NCBI RefSeq assembly: GCF_964355755.1
Contig: NC_092676.1
Location: 19,486,871-19,550,870 of the forward strand
DNA length: 64,000 bases
Source: Antedon mediterranea
Taxonomy: Eukaryota > Animalia > Echinodermata
Direction: 5' to 3'
The translations under genes and the position numbers were made by a program. The notes beneath the pieces are model-generated. The model made no database searches and was not told where the DNA came from. It saw only the letters and a list, made by a program, of their open reading frames with translations. Below, one piece after another: positions 40,707 through 54,771 of this stretch. Numbering within the stretch: the first letter of the stretch is position 1; the number at the start of each line of letters is the position of its first letter.

Positions 40707-40970
40707 AGATGTATTCATGTCCCCCATAAGATGAAAAATAAAGATTAATCAAATAAAACTTGCCATTATTTTAGTTTTAATAAAGTTGTTTACTTTTCAA
40801 AAAAGATATTGTCTTTGACTAATGATAAATTCTACCAAACCCCATTGTAATTCAAATTACAGTTTTATTAGGTTAATTATTTATTTTAATCCAATAATTG
40901 TTCAAAATTAATAACTATTACTGTATGTGACATTAATATGGCCTATTCAACAACAATCAAATTTTTAATT
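40707..40970. mobile_element. TTAA-flanked MITE, copy 3 of the 17569 family (right end lost)
   Basis: Starts TTAA|AGATGTATTCATGTCCCCC; internal AAATTCTACCAAACCCCATTG and GTGACATTAATAT. Confidence 0.65.
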
Positions 40971-42449
40971 TATTTTTCCGATGGTCTAATTATTCTCATT
41001 AATTAATTAATATTTTGTTATGCGAATCAAATTGTTGATAAATGAAAAAACATTTTTAAAATAATGCTTCATATCTTTATGCATTAAATGTAATTTTATT
41101 TGAAATTTATGAAATATGAAAAAAATTAAGTAAAATAGGTTGGAAAGTGTCGGTAATAGAATTTTAGTCATACATTTATAAAAAATATTAAATACGACAA
41201 AATGGAAAATTATGTATTTTTTGACAACATGAGTAGGAAGTGGGACACTTGGAAAATTAAAACTGTATTTACAAAAAAATAAGTGGGCCGCCAGGAAATT
41301 CATTTCAGTTAATCAGGTTTATTTGGGAATATGGGACACGGATAAAATTGGGTCAATATATTTGGATTTCTTTGAAGCGGGTTCCCGATATGACGCTGCA
41401 TTGGGCAAACACGCAACTCATTTTTTTGGCAATGACAAGCGACATCTAGGTTGAATTTTAAATGAAGTTACAGTATTAATACTAATAACAACAATTTTTA
41501 AATTAACAAGTATTAAGAATGGAAGCAAACTATCTTACTAAAACCCTGATTTCAAAGGTGCCTTGGTTTTTTTATATTTTTTTTTAAACCATTTTGGTTA
41601 AACCGTTTTTTTTAGTATTTTAATATCAGTCAAAATTTATAAATGAAATAAAATAGATAAATAATATATAAATTGTGGACAATGATAATCAAAACACACC
41701 CAAGATTTTGCAAAATGTACTAATGAAAAAATATAAAAGAAAATTACAACAAAGATACTTATCTCTCGAATTTCTATCGTGTGTGAAAGATAGTTAATAC
41801 AAGAATAAGTGGAACACTATAAAATCAAAATCTAGGTATAGAAAATGTGCTAAGTTTTTTCTTATCATTGGAGTGATGATTAATCCTACTGAATAGTATT
41901 ATGTATGTCTTATTACGTATCGGTTACGAACAAGAACATTGGGATAATATTTTAGAACTGTTTCGCATAAAACTAGAACAGGGCATAATAACCATTCATG
42001 CGTATTAGACACGGTTTATGTAAACAAGGCCCGGTGTTAACAGAAACCCAAAACTGAATAATATCGTATGTAAAATCGAGAGATTGTCCGCACGGAGCGA
42101 AGTGTCGAGTAGGATACGTAGAATTAGGATGGGTTCATATCGGAGTCCTAGTTTTACCTCTGTGTTCAGTGTCCTGATTTTATACAGAACACATTGTGTA
42201 TTTATTTATTAATCTGGTATGATGTTGATTCATTTATCTCTTGTGCTGTCTGTCAATAGCGTATTCTTATGTAGTATAGTTAGTATTTATACAAGATATT
42301 TGCATGATGCTGTTAATACAAATAAAATATTGTCAGATCTTTATCAAAATACATTAGTATGAATAATGTATTAAAAAAAATAATTCAGTAGAAAATATAA
42401 TAATTATGAAATATGTATTGCTTGCATAAACCTGTATACGCTTCTTAGG

Positions 42450-42720
42450 TATACACCTTTTCAGGTGACATTTTCCTATGAATCAAATGAAGAGAAAAGG
42501 TTTTAACACTACGGCCAAACCCCTCCTTTCAGACACACCCCTATCAAGGTGACACTTTCCTGTGTAATGAACGAGAGGATATAGGTAAGGTGTCCCCTGT
42601 AAACATTCAACAAATGAGAGATGATATAATGTTTAACACTACAGCCAACCCATCCCAGGGGAGTCTAATATGGGGAAAATTGTTGGGTCTCAAAGGTGTC
42701 CCCTTATTTGGGGTCTTCTG
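42450..42720. mobile_element. Decayed Tigger/pogo-like MITE with GGTGTCCCC subterminal motifs
   Basis: Ends GGTGTCCCCTTATTTGGGGTCTTCTG|TA; related fragments at ~20170-20250, 26115-26210, 38180-38280, 43510-43565 and 43896-44100. Confidence 0.5.
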
Positions 42721-42796
42721 TAGTAAACACCATTCAACAAATGAAGGACAATATTATATATTCAGGGGACATCCTATTATTAGAGATTTTGTATTA

Positions 42797-42936
42797 ATCT
42801 CCGTCCACACCATCAAAATAGTGTGATGTGCCAAAATATGGTAGTGATATGTCCAAATGTGGTAGTGGTGTGACATCATCATGTGGACACATCACATTTT
42901 TTTTGTCACATAAAGTTTGATAGTGTAGACAGGGCT
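42797..42936 (-). mobile_element. PIF/Harbinger-like MITE, inverted copy of the 49748 family
   Basis: TTA on both sides; right end TTTGATAGTGTAGACAGGGCT; interior is the reverse complement of the 49748 copy. Confidence 0.82.
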
Positions 42937-43578
42937 TTAGTATGTCTGAAACTGAACAAGATTAACCAGTTTACATTTCTACAAGATGTTTTCACCTAAC
43001 CATATGTTTTCATCGCCCACCCTGAGATTTTCATACTGATTTTTATCGTTTGTATTTTGACCTAGATAATTTATTTGAAGTCACCGCAATAAATGCTCGA
43101 TTCTCTTTATTAATTGAAAACAAAAGAGTGACTTTAACTTGCCAATTTGAAAACCGTAAAACCAGATCGTTTTAAAGTGAATAAGAAGTAGTTTTTAAAA
43201 TGATGAAAAGACAGTGGTAACATAACCGTAATAAATCACTGTGCTTTCAATTACGATCCTAAGTGATTCCTGATTTTTATGTTCCCTCTCAAGCTCTTAT
43301 AACTATTATTCAGCAAGTCATTAATGTTGCATGCGCAAGCAAATAGAATGATTATTAATTTAGCAATATATCATGTTTACATTTAATGCTCTCATCAATT
43401 TGATATGTTTATGGAATTGTATAAAGACCGTATTATTGTTTTGTTAATTTTTGGTACCCTGGGAAGTTCACGGCATTCAATTGATATAACTATGATTTTA
43501 CCATATTATGGGGACACTCGAGATCCAACAAAGTGTCCCATTAATTTAGGGTGTCTCCTGAATAGTTGGTCATAGTGT

Positions 43579-43790
43579 GGAGTTGTGGCTTGGTGGTTAT
43601 GATGCTTGGCTACCACTCCAAGGGTCCTGGGTTCAAGTCTCGTCACATGTATGGATTTTTCTAAGGACAAAATTCCACTCCCAAAGACTTTTAATAAGAC
43701 TTTGTTGTCTTGTGAACCTCTTAGGGTCCCTAATGATCAGCAATTGCTGGATGGATCACCCTCATTAAATATGGTTAAAAAAAAAAAAAA
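43579..43790 (+). mobile_element. tRNA-derived SINE with poly(A) tail
   Basis: A box TGGCTTGGTGG (43586-43596), B box GGTTCAAGTC (43630-43639), A14 tail (43777-43790); no clear TSD. Confidence 0.7.
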
Positions 43791-43895
43791 TATTAAAGTA
43801 TTAAAACCAATATCCCCCCTCATTCATTTCATTGTTCCCCAATAAGGGTTTGTTGTAATCCTTAAAAATGTATATTTCCCCTTGTTGTTGCACAG

Positions 43896-44086
43896 GAAAG
43901 TATCTCCTAAATAGGGGGTCCCCTGGATAGCAGTGTCACTAAGAAAGTATCTCCTAAATAGGGGTGTCCCCTGGATAGCAGTGTCACTAAGAAAGTATCT
44001 CCTAAATAGGGGGGTCCCCTGGATAGCAGTGTCACTAAGAAAGTATCTCCTAAATAGGGGTGTCCCCTGGATAGCAGTGTCACTAA
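43896..44086. repeat. 48-bp tandem repeat, 4 copies, abutting a TIR-like end
   Basis: GAAAGTATCTCCTAAATAGGGG(T/G)GTCCCCTGGATAGCAGTGTCACTAA x4, followed by GGGTTCTATTG|TA. Confidence 0.95.
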
Positions 44087-47000
44087 TTCGGGTTCTATTG
44101 TATTCCTATATTTAGTTTATAATATCATCATCATCATTAATGAGACTTTAGTATAGTTTCATTAATCTTTACTAACCTAGGAAAATTACATCTGAAAGTG
44201 TATAGGCTGACATACTTTTGCCTGTACTATGCTTTCTATATAGCCATACAGTATATTTAAATTGTATAGTCTTAAAGGACAACTTGACCAAGAACCAAAT
44301 TTTAACAACGTATTACGGATGTAAATATGATTTCAGAACAATCGCAATATTTACAATATCGCCGCATGCTCACCTTACAGCCGCTGTCGTAAATTTCTGT
44401 GACATCACAAGTGCATGGAAAAAATCTATCTCATGAGTTTTCACTGTTGTTAACATACAAGAAATAGGTACCGTCACTTCAATTGCTAATTTGATCTGTA
44501 TTAGGCTTAAATTTACCAAAATGTTTGAAGAAACACTTCATTATCCAGATAGGCAAAATAAACAATAAATAAGTTCAACATCCATATTTTTTACGATTTA
44601 TTTAAAAAGTGTGTTTACTAGAAATGTTCGCGATTTGCCAGACTTGTCTATTGACCCGAAAGAGTAGGAACCGGCCCTTATCTAAATACCATAGCTAAAT
44701 AGGGTCTTTACATAAGCACCATTTATGAAATGATATTTATGACACAGCAATACGATTTCTGAAAGTTATAGCCCTGTCATACAGCCATGAGTCTAAACAT
44801 TTTGGTTTATTGTTATAAGCAAAAATTTAACTTTATTATATATCTTTCAGTTTTGCATTTTATCACCTGTATGTTTGCGTGAGAAATTTTACTGTTAAAC
44901 TTTATACAAGAAGAGATAAATATTAATGAGGTATTTGGTGTATATCAGCTTTTCACCAATAAAGAATAATATATATATACAAAATGAATAGGTTTTATTG
45001 GACATTACTAACTGATTTCTTAAATAACATTGAGGATTTATGTTAAAATGATTCTACTGCATTTTACTGCATACATATGATTTTGGTTTCAATGTAGAAG
45101 TTTATGAGGCAAGAAAAATTGTTTTAAAAATAAAACTTGCTATATAATTACATGAACATTAGTTTACTGCAGTAGAATAACATAATTGTTATCCACTCAT
45201 CTCATTTAATTAATCTTCATTTTTCATGTTTTGCATCTTTGAATGCATTGTCTTCTTTCAAGATAATACAAAGTAAAGCTCTGATTCCAATTATCTCTAA
45301 ATAGATTAAAGAAAGCTTATAATAGATTTTTTTTAAATGATATCTAGTAGAATTAATGTTTGAACACCAACATTTTTCAGGTCAGATCAATTTTTCTATT
45401 GGAAAAAAAAAATATTGAAAGTTATTTATCTATGATGAATTACAATATGATGATTCAATAGTGCATCTTTTTTATGACACATCTTGTGTACTTAGCCCCC
45501 TCTATGTTATCAAATATTTTACCATATAAATTTATTGAAAAAAGATAGGAAACATGCAACTTTCAAATAGAAGTTGGTATAATGTCAGTTTCTACAAACA
45601 TTTTATTGGAAAAAAGGCATGTATGTATTTTCGGATGCTTCCATTTCTTATAATTTCTGTAACGCTTCAGACAGGCAGGTGCGGACGTTTTTAAGGTCAA
45701 TTTACTCAGCGGTAACGGTAATAAAAATATAGAATCTATGTTATTTCTTATGACCATTTACACACAATACGGAAATAGATACAGATTCTATGTGGGACAA
45801 TTACACAGTTTTCCACTTAACATTACAGCTTGTAAGAAGTGTTTCTCTGTGGTGCATCAATTATAACTCTCTAAACATTTGTGTCGTTAACTGCAATGTA
45901 ACTCTGATGTACATATAATATAACTCTATAATCAGATACCTCCAATGTAACTCCGATAGGTTTGAGAATGTAGCATTAAACAAGCGCTGTCCACTAGGGG
46001 TATATCAGTTGTTAACCGGGGTATTTTTTTACTTTGGAACACAGAACAAGCCAAACCGCCATCTAACTCTGATAGACCACCATTTAACTCCGATAAAGAG
46101 TGATAACAGCTTCAACCAGCCAGTAAAATATGCTACAGTAAGATAAACAGTGTGTACATTTAGTATTAGGTGGTTGTATAGGCTTTAAGAAAAAGAAATA
46201 TTATTAATGGTTCTAAATCCCTGTTTATATTGCAATCAATATCTGATAGTTGAATTATTTGCAATTTGAACCAAAAAAAATGTTTTACTGCCATTGTTTA
46301 AAAAAGTATATTGATAACTTTAAGGCTATAAAGAAAAGGTACGGCATTAGAAAAGGTAACTTAATGATCATACAGCTATAAATAATTATTACGAGAAACG
46401 AATCCGTTACTACTAGCATCATTTATAACTGTGTTACGTGTGAATTGCTGCTTGTTTGCGTATAAACACTAACGAGCTATCGTAATATTGTACCTGATCT
46501 TAACACCTATGTACCTCAATTGAATAAAGCACAAACTAGGTCCTACTTGTGTTGCTTAATTAGATACCTAGAAATGTATCATACTCACTAACTCTCTCAA
46601 TCAGGTTGTCTTCAGTTTGAATATAAGTTGTTGGCAGTACTCATGGAATTAGGATGGGTTCAACTTCTCAAGTCCTACTTTCTTCGCAACATTTAATACG
46701 GGCACCCTAGTTAAATTAACCTCTTTCTGTCGTTTCACGTGACATGTTTTGCAATCAAGGTATTAATGTTGGATTAGTTTGTATATTAATTACCTATTTG
46801 ATTAAATAATGTTTAATTAAATAATGTTTAATTAAATTATGTTTCATGTGCATAATTTTGTTAAAGATATTTACTTTTTTAAATATAATTTATTAATTAT
46901 GTTATTATAATTTTATTTATTATTTTGTGGGAGCACTATTACAATGCTTCCTTGCATTTGCATATTTTCGTTTTTTGTCATTATTAATATCTAGATAAAT

Positions 47001-48505
47001 GGTTCATATTGTTTATGAGTTAAATGTGGAAAATAATTTGATACATTCAAAGATAGACTGTTCTATTGAATGAGGCAGTGGCGAGCTCAACGGTTTCTGC
47101 CTCTATCTTGAATAATTGTCAAAGGCTAGGTTTGGACTTTGACTTGGTGGAAAGTAGACCAGTTAGAGGCTACTACGGTACTACTACTTGTTTTCGAATA
47201 TGCAGGTACTAGCCTTGCATGGCACAAAATTGTCTCACTCCAATTAAAGACTCTCCTAACTAATGTACTCAGGCCCGGATTATCGCCTATCTTTTACCAT
47301 TAGCTACTCCCTCCAATTAAAGGCTCTGTTTGGGTGGACTGAACTGAATATTTTCTGTCAAATTTTCCCTTCCAATTAAAGACCTCTTTGAAATAAACTT
47401 TTAAAATTAATGCATTTTTTTTGGTTAGTTAACAGCTATTGAAAATTTAAAGAAAACTCAGACAAATACTATACTTCACTTCTTAAATGTACACAAATGG
47501 ACAGACAGGACAGGAAAACAAACATTTACCCTCATCATTCAGAGAACAAGATAACCATCCTGAAGACTACTAAAGACCACTAAAACCTGGGTCCCAAAAG
47601 CGGTCGTTAATTGGAACGAGACCAATAAAAGCTGAACTGATACAATATCAGCCAATCAAATGGCAAGGATACATTTATCTCCCTTTGTATGTCGTAGTGA
47701 AATTTAGCGCCTTCAAATGGTTTATTATGATTTATACCGAACTCGATTGCGGCCGCCATTTTGCCTCTATTGCATACATAGAAAATCATTCATCCTTCAC
47801 GTCATTCCCATTTATTTAGCGAGTAAATTATAAATTTGCCAAATAAAAATCAATGCATAATTTTAAATCTGTGGGTAACCTGATATCTTAATTCATTATA
47901 CGGTTTTAATGAATTTCACCCCTTAACCCTCACTATTTAAACCGCATTAATCGCAGCGTTTTAATAGATACTGAAGGTAATTTGCGAAAGACATTTTTAA
48001 ACATTTATGGTAATGCACTAAACTAGCTTGTCACTTGTGGCTATAAAATGACTAACTCTCGTATCATTTTAGCGAGATTTTAGTGGACACTTATCCATCA
48101 CTTTAGAAGACATTTATACAAGGACAAATTTACACTGTATCCTAGGTTTTATAGTACTCTTGAGATGCAGTAGGGTATACCTGATTATTATGTCATTATT
48201 ATTTCATCACTGGTAAGAAATTTCAAGTTAATGCTTGGAAAATATCATTCACGGCTATAAAGGTTTATTCTTAGTATGTGCAAGAAAAAATAACGGTTTA
48301 ACAACAATTTGAAGATTTTTCCAATTCTATATATAGTATAATAAAAGTGTTTCAAACAGTAACATTTATCAACAAATTGCATTTATCAAAGTCTTGGCCA
48401 TTAGCACCATCCAGGCTAAGGGCTGTGGGTTTTTTTTTTAGAGGGCACCCGGCATATGACATCATTGATAGCAATGTTTGTTCCATATCAGCTACTGTAT
48501 AGCGT

Positions 48506-49452
48506 CTCCTAACACTATACATTGCCTCCTAACACTATACATTGCCTCCTAACACTATACATTGCCTCCTAACACTATACATTGCCTCCTAACACTATAC
48601 ATTGCCTCCTAACACTATACATTGCCTCCTAACACTATACATTGCCTCCTAACACTATACATTGCCTCCTAACACTATACATTGCCTCCTAACACTATAC
48701 ATTGCCTCCTAACACTATACATTGCCTCCTAACACTATACATTGCCTCCTAACACTATACATTGCCTCCTAACACTATACATTGCCTCCTAACACTATAC
48801 ATTGCCTCCTCCTAACACTATACATTGCCTCCTAACACTATACATTGCCTCCTCCTAACACTATACATTGCCTCCTAACACTATACATTGCCTCCTAACA
48901 CTATACATTGCCTTCTAACACTATACATTGCCTCCTAACACTATACATTGCCTCCTAACACTATACATTGCCTCCTAACACTATACATTGCCTCCTAACA
49001 CTATACATTGCCTCCTAACACTATACATTGCCTCCTAACACTATACATTGCCTCCTAACACTATACATTGCCTCCTAACACTATACATTGCCTCCTAACA
49101 CTATACATTGCCTCCTAACACTATATATTGCCTCCTAACACTATACATTGCCTCCTAACACTATACATTGCCTCCTAACACTATACATTGCCTCCTAACA
49201 CTATACATTGCCTCCTAACACTATACATTGCCTCCTAACACTATACATTGCCTCCTAACACTATACATTGCCTCCTAACACTATACATTGCCTCCTAACA
49301 CTATACATTGCCTCCTAACACTATACATTGCCTCCTAACACTATACATTGCCTCCTAACACTATATATTGCCTCCTAACACTATACATTGCCTCCTAACA
49401 CTATACATTGCCTCCTAACACTATACATTGCCTCCTAACACTATACATTGCC
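48506..49452. repeat. 20-bp minisatellite CCTCCTAACACTATACATTG, ~47 copies
   Basis: Read directly; two CCT insertions (~48811, ~48854) and three substitutions. Confidence 0.98.
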
Positions 49453-49747
49453 CCTTTTTCAAAAGCATTGTGTCAACGTTTTCTGCAAGCCAGCTGTTCG
49501 TCTGAATGGTGAGAGAGTTTATTTAGAGGGCTAGGTGTAAGTTAATATTTAGGTGTCTTGGTATATTGCCATTTAACAGTCACATTACTACTGTTTGTTG
49601 TTACTAACTTTTAACCATAGAAGAATTGGCTTGAGAGGGCAGTAATACATAAAGGGTTTTTTTTTCAGTGTGGCATAAAAGAACCTTATTTACAATGTTC
49701 ATTTTTTTTCAGTAAATGTTGTATATTAGTCATTTTTACATCACTTA

Positions 49748-49906
49748 AGCTCTGTCTACACTATCAAAATTTATGTAACAAAAAAATGTGATGTACCCAT
49801 ATAGACATGATGATGTCATATCACTACCATGTTTGGGCATATAACTACCATATTTGGGCACATCACACTTTCTTTGTCAAACTAGTTTGATAGTGTAGAC
49901 AAAGCT
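49748..49906 (+). mobile_element. Complete 159-bp PIF/Harbinger-like MITE
   Basis: 21-bp TIR AGCT(C/T)TGTCTACACTATCAAA; flanks TTA/TAA; internal 21-bp tandem CATATCACTACCATATTTGGG; five copies or fragments in the window. Confidence 0.85.
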
Positions 49907-50583
49907 TAATTATACTAACCTTTATAACAATTTATTTTTCATACATATAATTCTTTTTATGTTTATCAACCTATGCCAATTCATCTTTCTTGGTATAATT
50001 ATATATATATATATAAGTCTTTGCTTTGTAATTATACAAATAGCCTTTTATTCTATGTACAGTACGTAATGTTAATAATCCTCTGACCTTTATGTGATAG
50101 TGGGTAGGGCGTACTATACTAGTTTTTCATGGAAATGTTGTTTATTAAAATACATTAAAAAAATCAAGGACAAAGTTATTAAAGTATGCTGACTAATCAC
50201 AATATAAAAACAATATATTTTGTTTATTGTTTTAGTCAGTTCTCTGAAAATGCAATAGACCCACAGCAACTGTACATTAAAAAAAACCATGTTTATACAT
50301 TTTTTATATTATTGTTAAATTATTGCCTATCAAAGTATTGCGATTTAGCATGTTTTCCGTTTAAATGCATATAATGCAAACATTTATTTTACCTCTGATG
50401 GGAAACAGTTTTTTAATTCTGAAAGTAAACCTATCGGGAGTTAAAGTAGGCAGCGCCTACTAAGATCAGCACACCATGTAAAGGTATAAATAGCGTACCA
50501 AGTTTAAACGTGCACTGTATGTACACAGGATCATGGACAGCTTTAAATCCCATCTGGAGGACGAGGTAATGAGAGTAAAGATT

Positions 50584-50586
<3 letters not shown>

Positions 50587-50616
<30 letters not shown>
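50587..50616. repeat. (GT)15 microsatellite
   Basis: Read directly. Confidence 0.97.
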
Positions 50617-50619
<3 letters not shown>

Positions 50620-51387
50620 AACACAGTTATTGAGATCTATTATCACTCTACAATAGATGATGGTATGTTTTATAGTAATCCACCCTTTAAATAGCCATTT
50701 TTTGGTAATCATACATTATGTAGTACGATGGTAATTATAACCAAATAGATCGTATGTTTATAACATTATGGTGATATTAGAGTGGTAGGTACATTACAAA
50801 TCTGATTAAGAAAACATATTTTATGACCTTTTAGAAGATTGCCCTAAGAAAAAAAAATTTAATGTGTGTTATATAGTATAGGTTACAAAACATAAGAGAT
50901 ATGTAATTTGTGATACTAACCAGGTATAAAAGGTCAATAGTGCATGCTGGTATTGCCCTAGTTCTTATTAGTAACTGGTTGATAGATGAGGGCTATAATG
51001 AATGTAATTAGTAAATGATTGAGAAGATACAAAAATGAAATACAATATAGGGCTATCATTTTCTTATTCACTTAAAATTCATTACTGTACTTCGTCAAGT
51101 ATTAAATTTATATCTCGGTCTATTGATGCTCCAACTCTTGAGGGATTGAATGATGTCACATGTGATGAGAAAGAATCAACTTTACGTCAATTTCTTCAAC
51201 TTTCTTTAGAATTAATCTCATCGGAAAAAGGATTGAATATTATGTTGATATATCCAAGTTCACGCCCTTTTACCATCAAACCTTTTTTTTATCTATTGCT
51301 AAACATTGTTGCTTGTAAAGGTTTTTACATTTTTTTTTTGTCTTTTAGAACTTTTTTTCCAATTAATGTTTGCTTCTTTCACATTTG

Positions 51388-51458
51388 CCATATTTAGGCA
51401 TATCACACCATAGAGATAATATCTCTATAATCACTAGTTTCATAATGTAGACAGAGCT
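51388..51458 (+). mobile_element. 3' fragment of the 159-bp MITE carrying a 21-bp palindromic insertion
   Basis: CCATATTTAGGCATATCACAC...ACTAGTTT...TGTAGACAGAGCT|TAA. Confidence 0.7.
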
Positions 51459-52069
51459 TAAGGTTGTGTTTGCGAAATTTCAAATTGTATACCCTGAAAA
51501 TTTGCCTTTAAAAACTTGTTAACGTAGGATTTACTGATTTATCTGGATTTGTCTCCGGAACTTCAAGTTTCGTTAAATGCACCTTTTGCAGATGCCACCT
51601 TCTTTCTATTTGGGGTTTATATTTTTTTTCTAATTTTTATAATCTTAATTAATTGTTTATAAAAGTTTCTATTTAATTATTTTATAATAAATAACAAGTT
51701 ATTTTTGTTCATTTGAAATTTAACTATATTATGACAATGACTATATATCTAAATTATAAATCTGATTTAGCTCCCGATAGCATATAACCAATTTTTCTTT
51801 TGAAATTTGCAAAATCATCATTATTATGCGAGTTATAATTCATTTTATGTAACCTTGTATAGGTTTAGCATATTCATATTGATACCAAATTTCCTGATAC
51901 TATTTCATTCATGTTAACATATTAATCTGATAATCTGTTTTGTTTTCCTGTCTATGTTAATTATTTTCAGGTGTGGTGTGACCACTCCCATTTCTTGCCG
52001 CAAAACAGAATAGGTGATTGACCTAAAGCCTTGAGTGTAACCTTTTTCCTACCCCTTATTATCCAGACC

Positions 52070-52106
52070 ATGAACAAATCCAAAAAGCAAGGCGAATCAA
52101 TCATGG
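52070..52106 (+). CDS. Candidate first coding segment of an unidentified host gene (MNKSKKQGESIM + 1 nt), in an exon starting at 51971 or 52067
   Basis: Acceptors TTATTTTCAG|51971 and CCTTTTTCCTACCCCTTATTATCCAG|52067; ACCATG with A at -3; no upstream ATG in the exon and an in-frame TGA at 52019; donor GG|GTAATT in phase 1. Confidence 0.4.
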
Positions 52107-54147
52107 GTAATTACTACTTTGTCATTCGCAGCTAGCCCTACTAGTTTACAGTCACCAAGTCATGCTTTTTCTGGGTTGAAATGTCGCTTGACCTAGCTAG
52201 GCCGATGATTCAAGGCTGAATTGTATGTGCTGAGGTTGACTTGCAGCTGATAGGGTGGTGGAAGCTCATTTTGTTACTTCCTGTGCTCTCTCCGTTTTCA
52301 TGTAAACACACACAATGTGAACATTCTGTTGTTAATTGAATAACGGACATCATAAGCGGTACAAGACTGCGATGAAAGCACGCACGAAAAACATGAACCA
52401 TGTACAGTTCATTACAGTGTTGTTGACTTTAAAGGCTCATCAAGATTCTAGTAATTGAGTAATCATTGTTTACCCGTGTTTTTACACATCATTTTTTTCA
52501 AATCGATAAAAAAAACACTTGATTATACTTGGCATCAAGGAATTATCTGCATATTGCAACATTACCCTGACCTCTTGGAAGCAAGGTCATTAGCAGCCAA
52601 CAGATGAAAAATTTGATTTGTTGATGAACTATTGAACTTGAATCTCAGTTCAGTGGCAGTGACAATTATCTAATTAACATTTATCAGCACAAAGTCAAAC
52701 CTTTCATTTCTTAATGTCATCGCCTAATTTATGAGCAGTTTGATTGCTAAACGAGAAAGTTTACATTATATTCATAATCATCTACATTGTTATTATTAAC
52801 ACGTTAGTTTTCGTGCAATCAAATAAAAATTAGGAATATGCAGATTAGACTTTAGACTATCTATCTAAACAATACAGCCTTAATTGTAGTTCCATTGCTG
52901 GAGCATAATAAAGTATGATGACATAACATAAGGCTGCTCAGTACATACATAAAATTGTGTTAGCGGTGTTCACACTGAACCTAGATTTCGGTATGCTAGG
53001 TGGATCCAAAGAAATCTGGTGTATCTTAGATTTTCAATGCGCTTTGTTCACAACACACAAAACAAGAATGTCATATTTACTTAAAGATGATGATTATAAG
53101 ATAAGATTTTTTTTTTAAATAAATGACTTGAGGTCCTTTGCACTGAATCTGTGCACTGGATAAAATAGATGTTATGAAAGTCACATTTACTCTATGCTCT
53201 CATGTGGTATTTGTTAACATATTACAGCAGATTGTTTTATATACACATCAATATCATTAAAAAACAATAATGTATTAAAATGATTGCTTGAATTAACACA
53301 TTAATATTTGATAACTTATCTAAAAATATTTGTATCATTATGAAATAATCACATAAACAGTATCATAAAACAATTTTATAATGTTGAAATGAATAACTGC
53401 ATTAAAACATTGTTACATCATTTCTCTAGGAGTATAAATGTGTTTATATCATTGTAAAATAATCGCCATAGCAATCATAAAATAATTGTAAAATGTTTAA
53501 ATGAATGACTGCATTAACACATTGTTACATAATTTATCTTAAAAATAGTTATTAAGCAATAATCACATTTAATTCATTAAAATGATTGATTGCATTTTTA
53601 TATCTTAAAATCTATCATTTCATATATAGTAATCAACAAAAGAAAATGTGTTATTTTTTGTTTATGTTTAATCAACTTTCCCAATACTGGACACTTTCGG
53701 GCTGGCTAATATGCCTGGTTTTTCAGAAATTCTGGCATTCTGAATGTGTTTTAATGGTAAAAAAGATTTATTTTAGATATAACAAATTATGAAATTTGTG
53801 TCTTGGGCGAGTCGTCCATATTTTAGTTTATTTATATAAAATGTATATATTGTTGCTTAAAAGTTTTTATGGCAAATAAAGTAAAATAAGGTTTGCGGTA
53901 CACTATTCTCTAGACGTAGATGGTGGTAGCCACATGCATACTTACGATGTCGTTGTAACTTGCCTTGCAATCTCAAGATCCAGGATTAAATTTTGAAAAA
54001 GTTCCAGTGCTGTAAAACAACTCCAATCCCTAGCCTCAAATAATTGCAGAGTGAACTCGTTGTTGGAACGTTGCTTATTGTTTTTAAAAAGTAATATAAA
54101 ATATACTATATTGTTTATACAGTAATATTGTTTTTGATTAATAATTA

Positions 54148-54720
54148 TCTATATTATAAGTGAGAGAGTTTGTCTGTCTGTTTGTTTGTTCGTTATACAA
54201 GTTTTTGTTACTGCACGTAATCTTACATATGGGGTATCAAAATGACCGCAATTGTACCGGGAATGTTCTAAGCTATATTTCAACATCATCCGCCACCTAG
54301 GATCCAAGTTAGGGACCAAAATGTGGTCAAAACCCCCACTTTTGATGTTTGTTCGTTATACAAATTCTTACTAGGCCTACATTTGAACTGTCCAGGGGAG
54401 GAGGTAAGGTTTGTTGATTGTGGCTGCGATGGTGCGAGGCGAAAGAAGGCCGGGGAACCACAGTATTAACATTACATATTTTATTATCAGCCAATATGAC
54501 ACCTACTCATTTACACAGTTTACAACGTACTTAAGCCATAGGCCTATCATAGCTATGTATGTCCTCTCAATTTGAAGCTAAAGTTTAATTGAATTTGTCC
54601 TTCACTGGAAAGAGTGTAGGGTGTTATTAAGGGGTGGAGGTTGGTGCGTATACGGAGATACTGGCGTCGGGTGTTATGTACTGATTTTGAAACCCGCCCT
54701 GGGGCGGGTATAATTGCTAG
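54148..54720 (+). mobile_element. Complete non-autonomous Helitron, 573 bp
   Basis: A|TCTATATTATA start; GTCT/GTTT microsatellite near the 5' end; hairpin ACCCGCCC-TG-GGGCGGGT (54692-54709) 11 nt before the end; CTAG|T terminus; no TSD. Confidence 0.88.
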
Positions 54721-54771
54721 TGACATATAAAGATAAACTGATACTCTTAATTCACTTTTTGTATCTTTCAG

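Noticed and set aside
43579-43655. Functional tRNA gene
   Set aside because: A and B boxes are present but there is no convincing cloverleaf, and it continues into a body with a poly(A) tail; called as a SINE.
43933-44115. 60-aa repetitive ORF
   Set aside because: Translation of the 48-bp tandem repeat.
51035-51397. 120-aa ORF
   Set aside because: Low-complexity F/I/L/S-rich translation of AT-rich DNA, with no recognisable domain or splice support.
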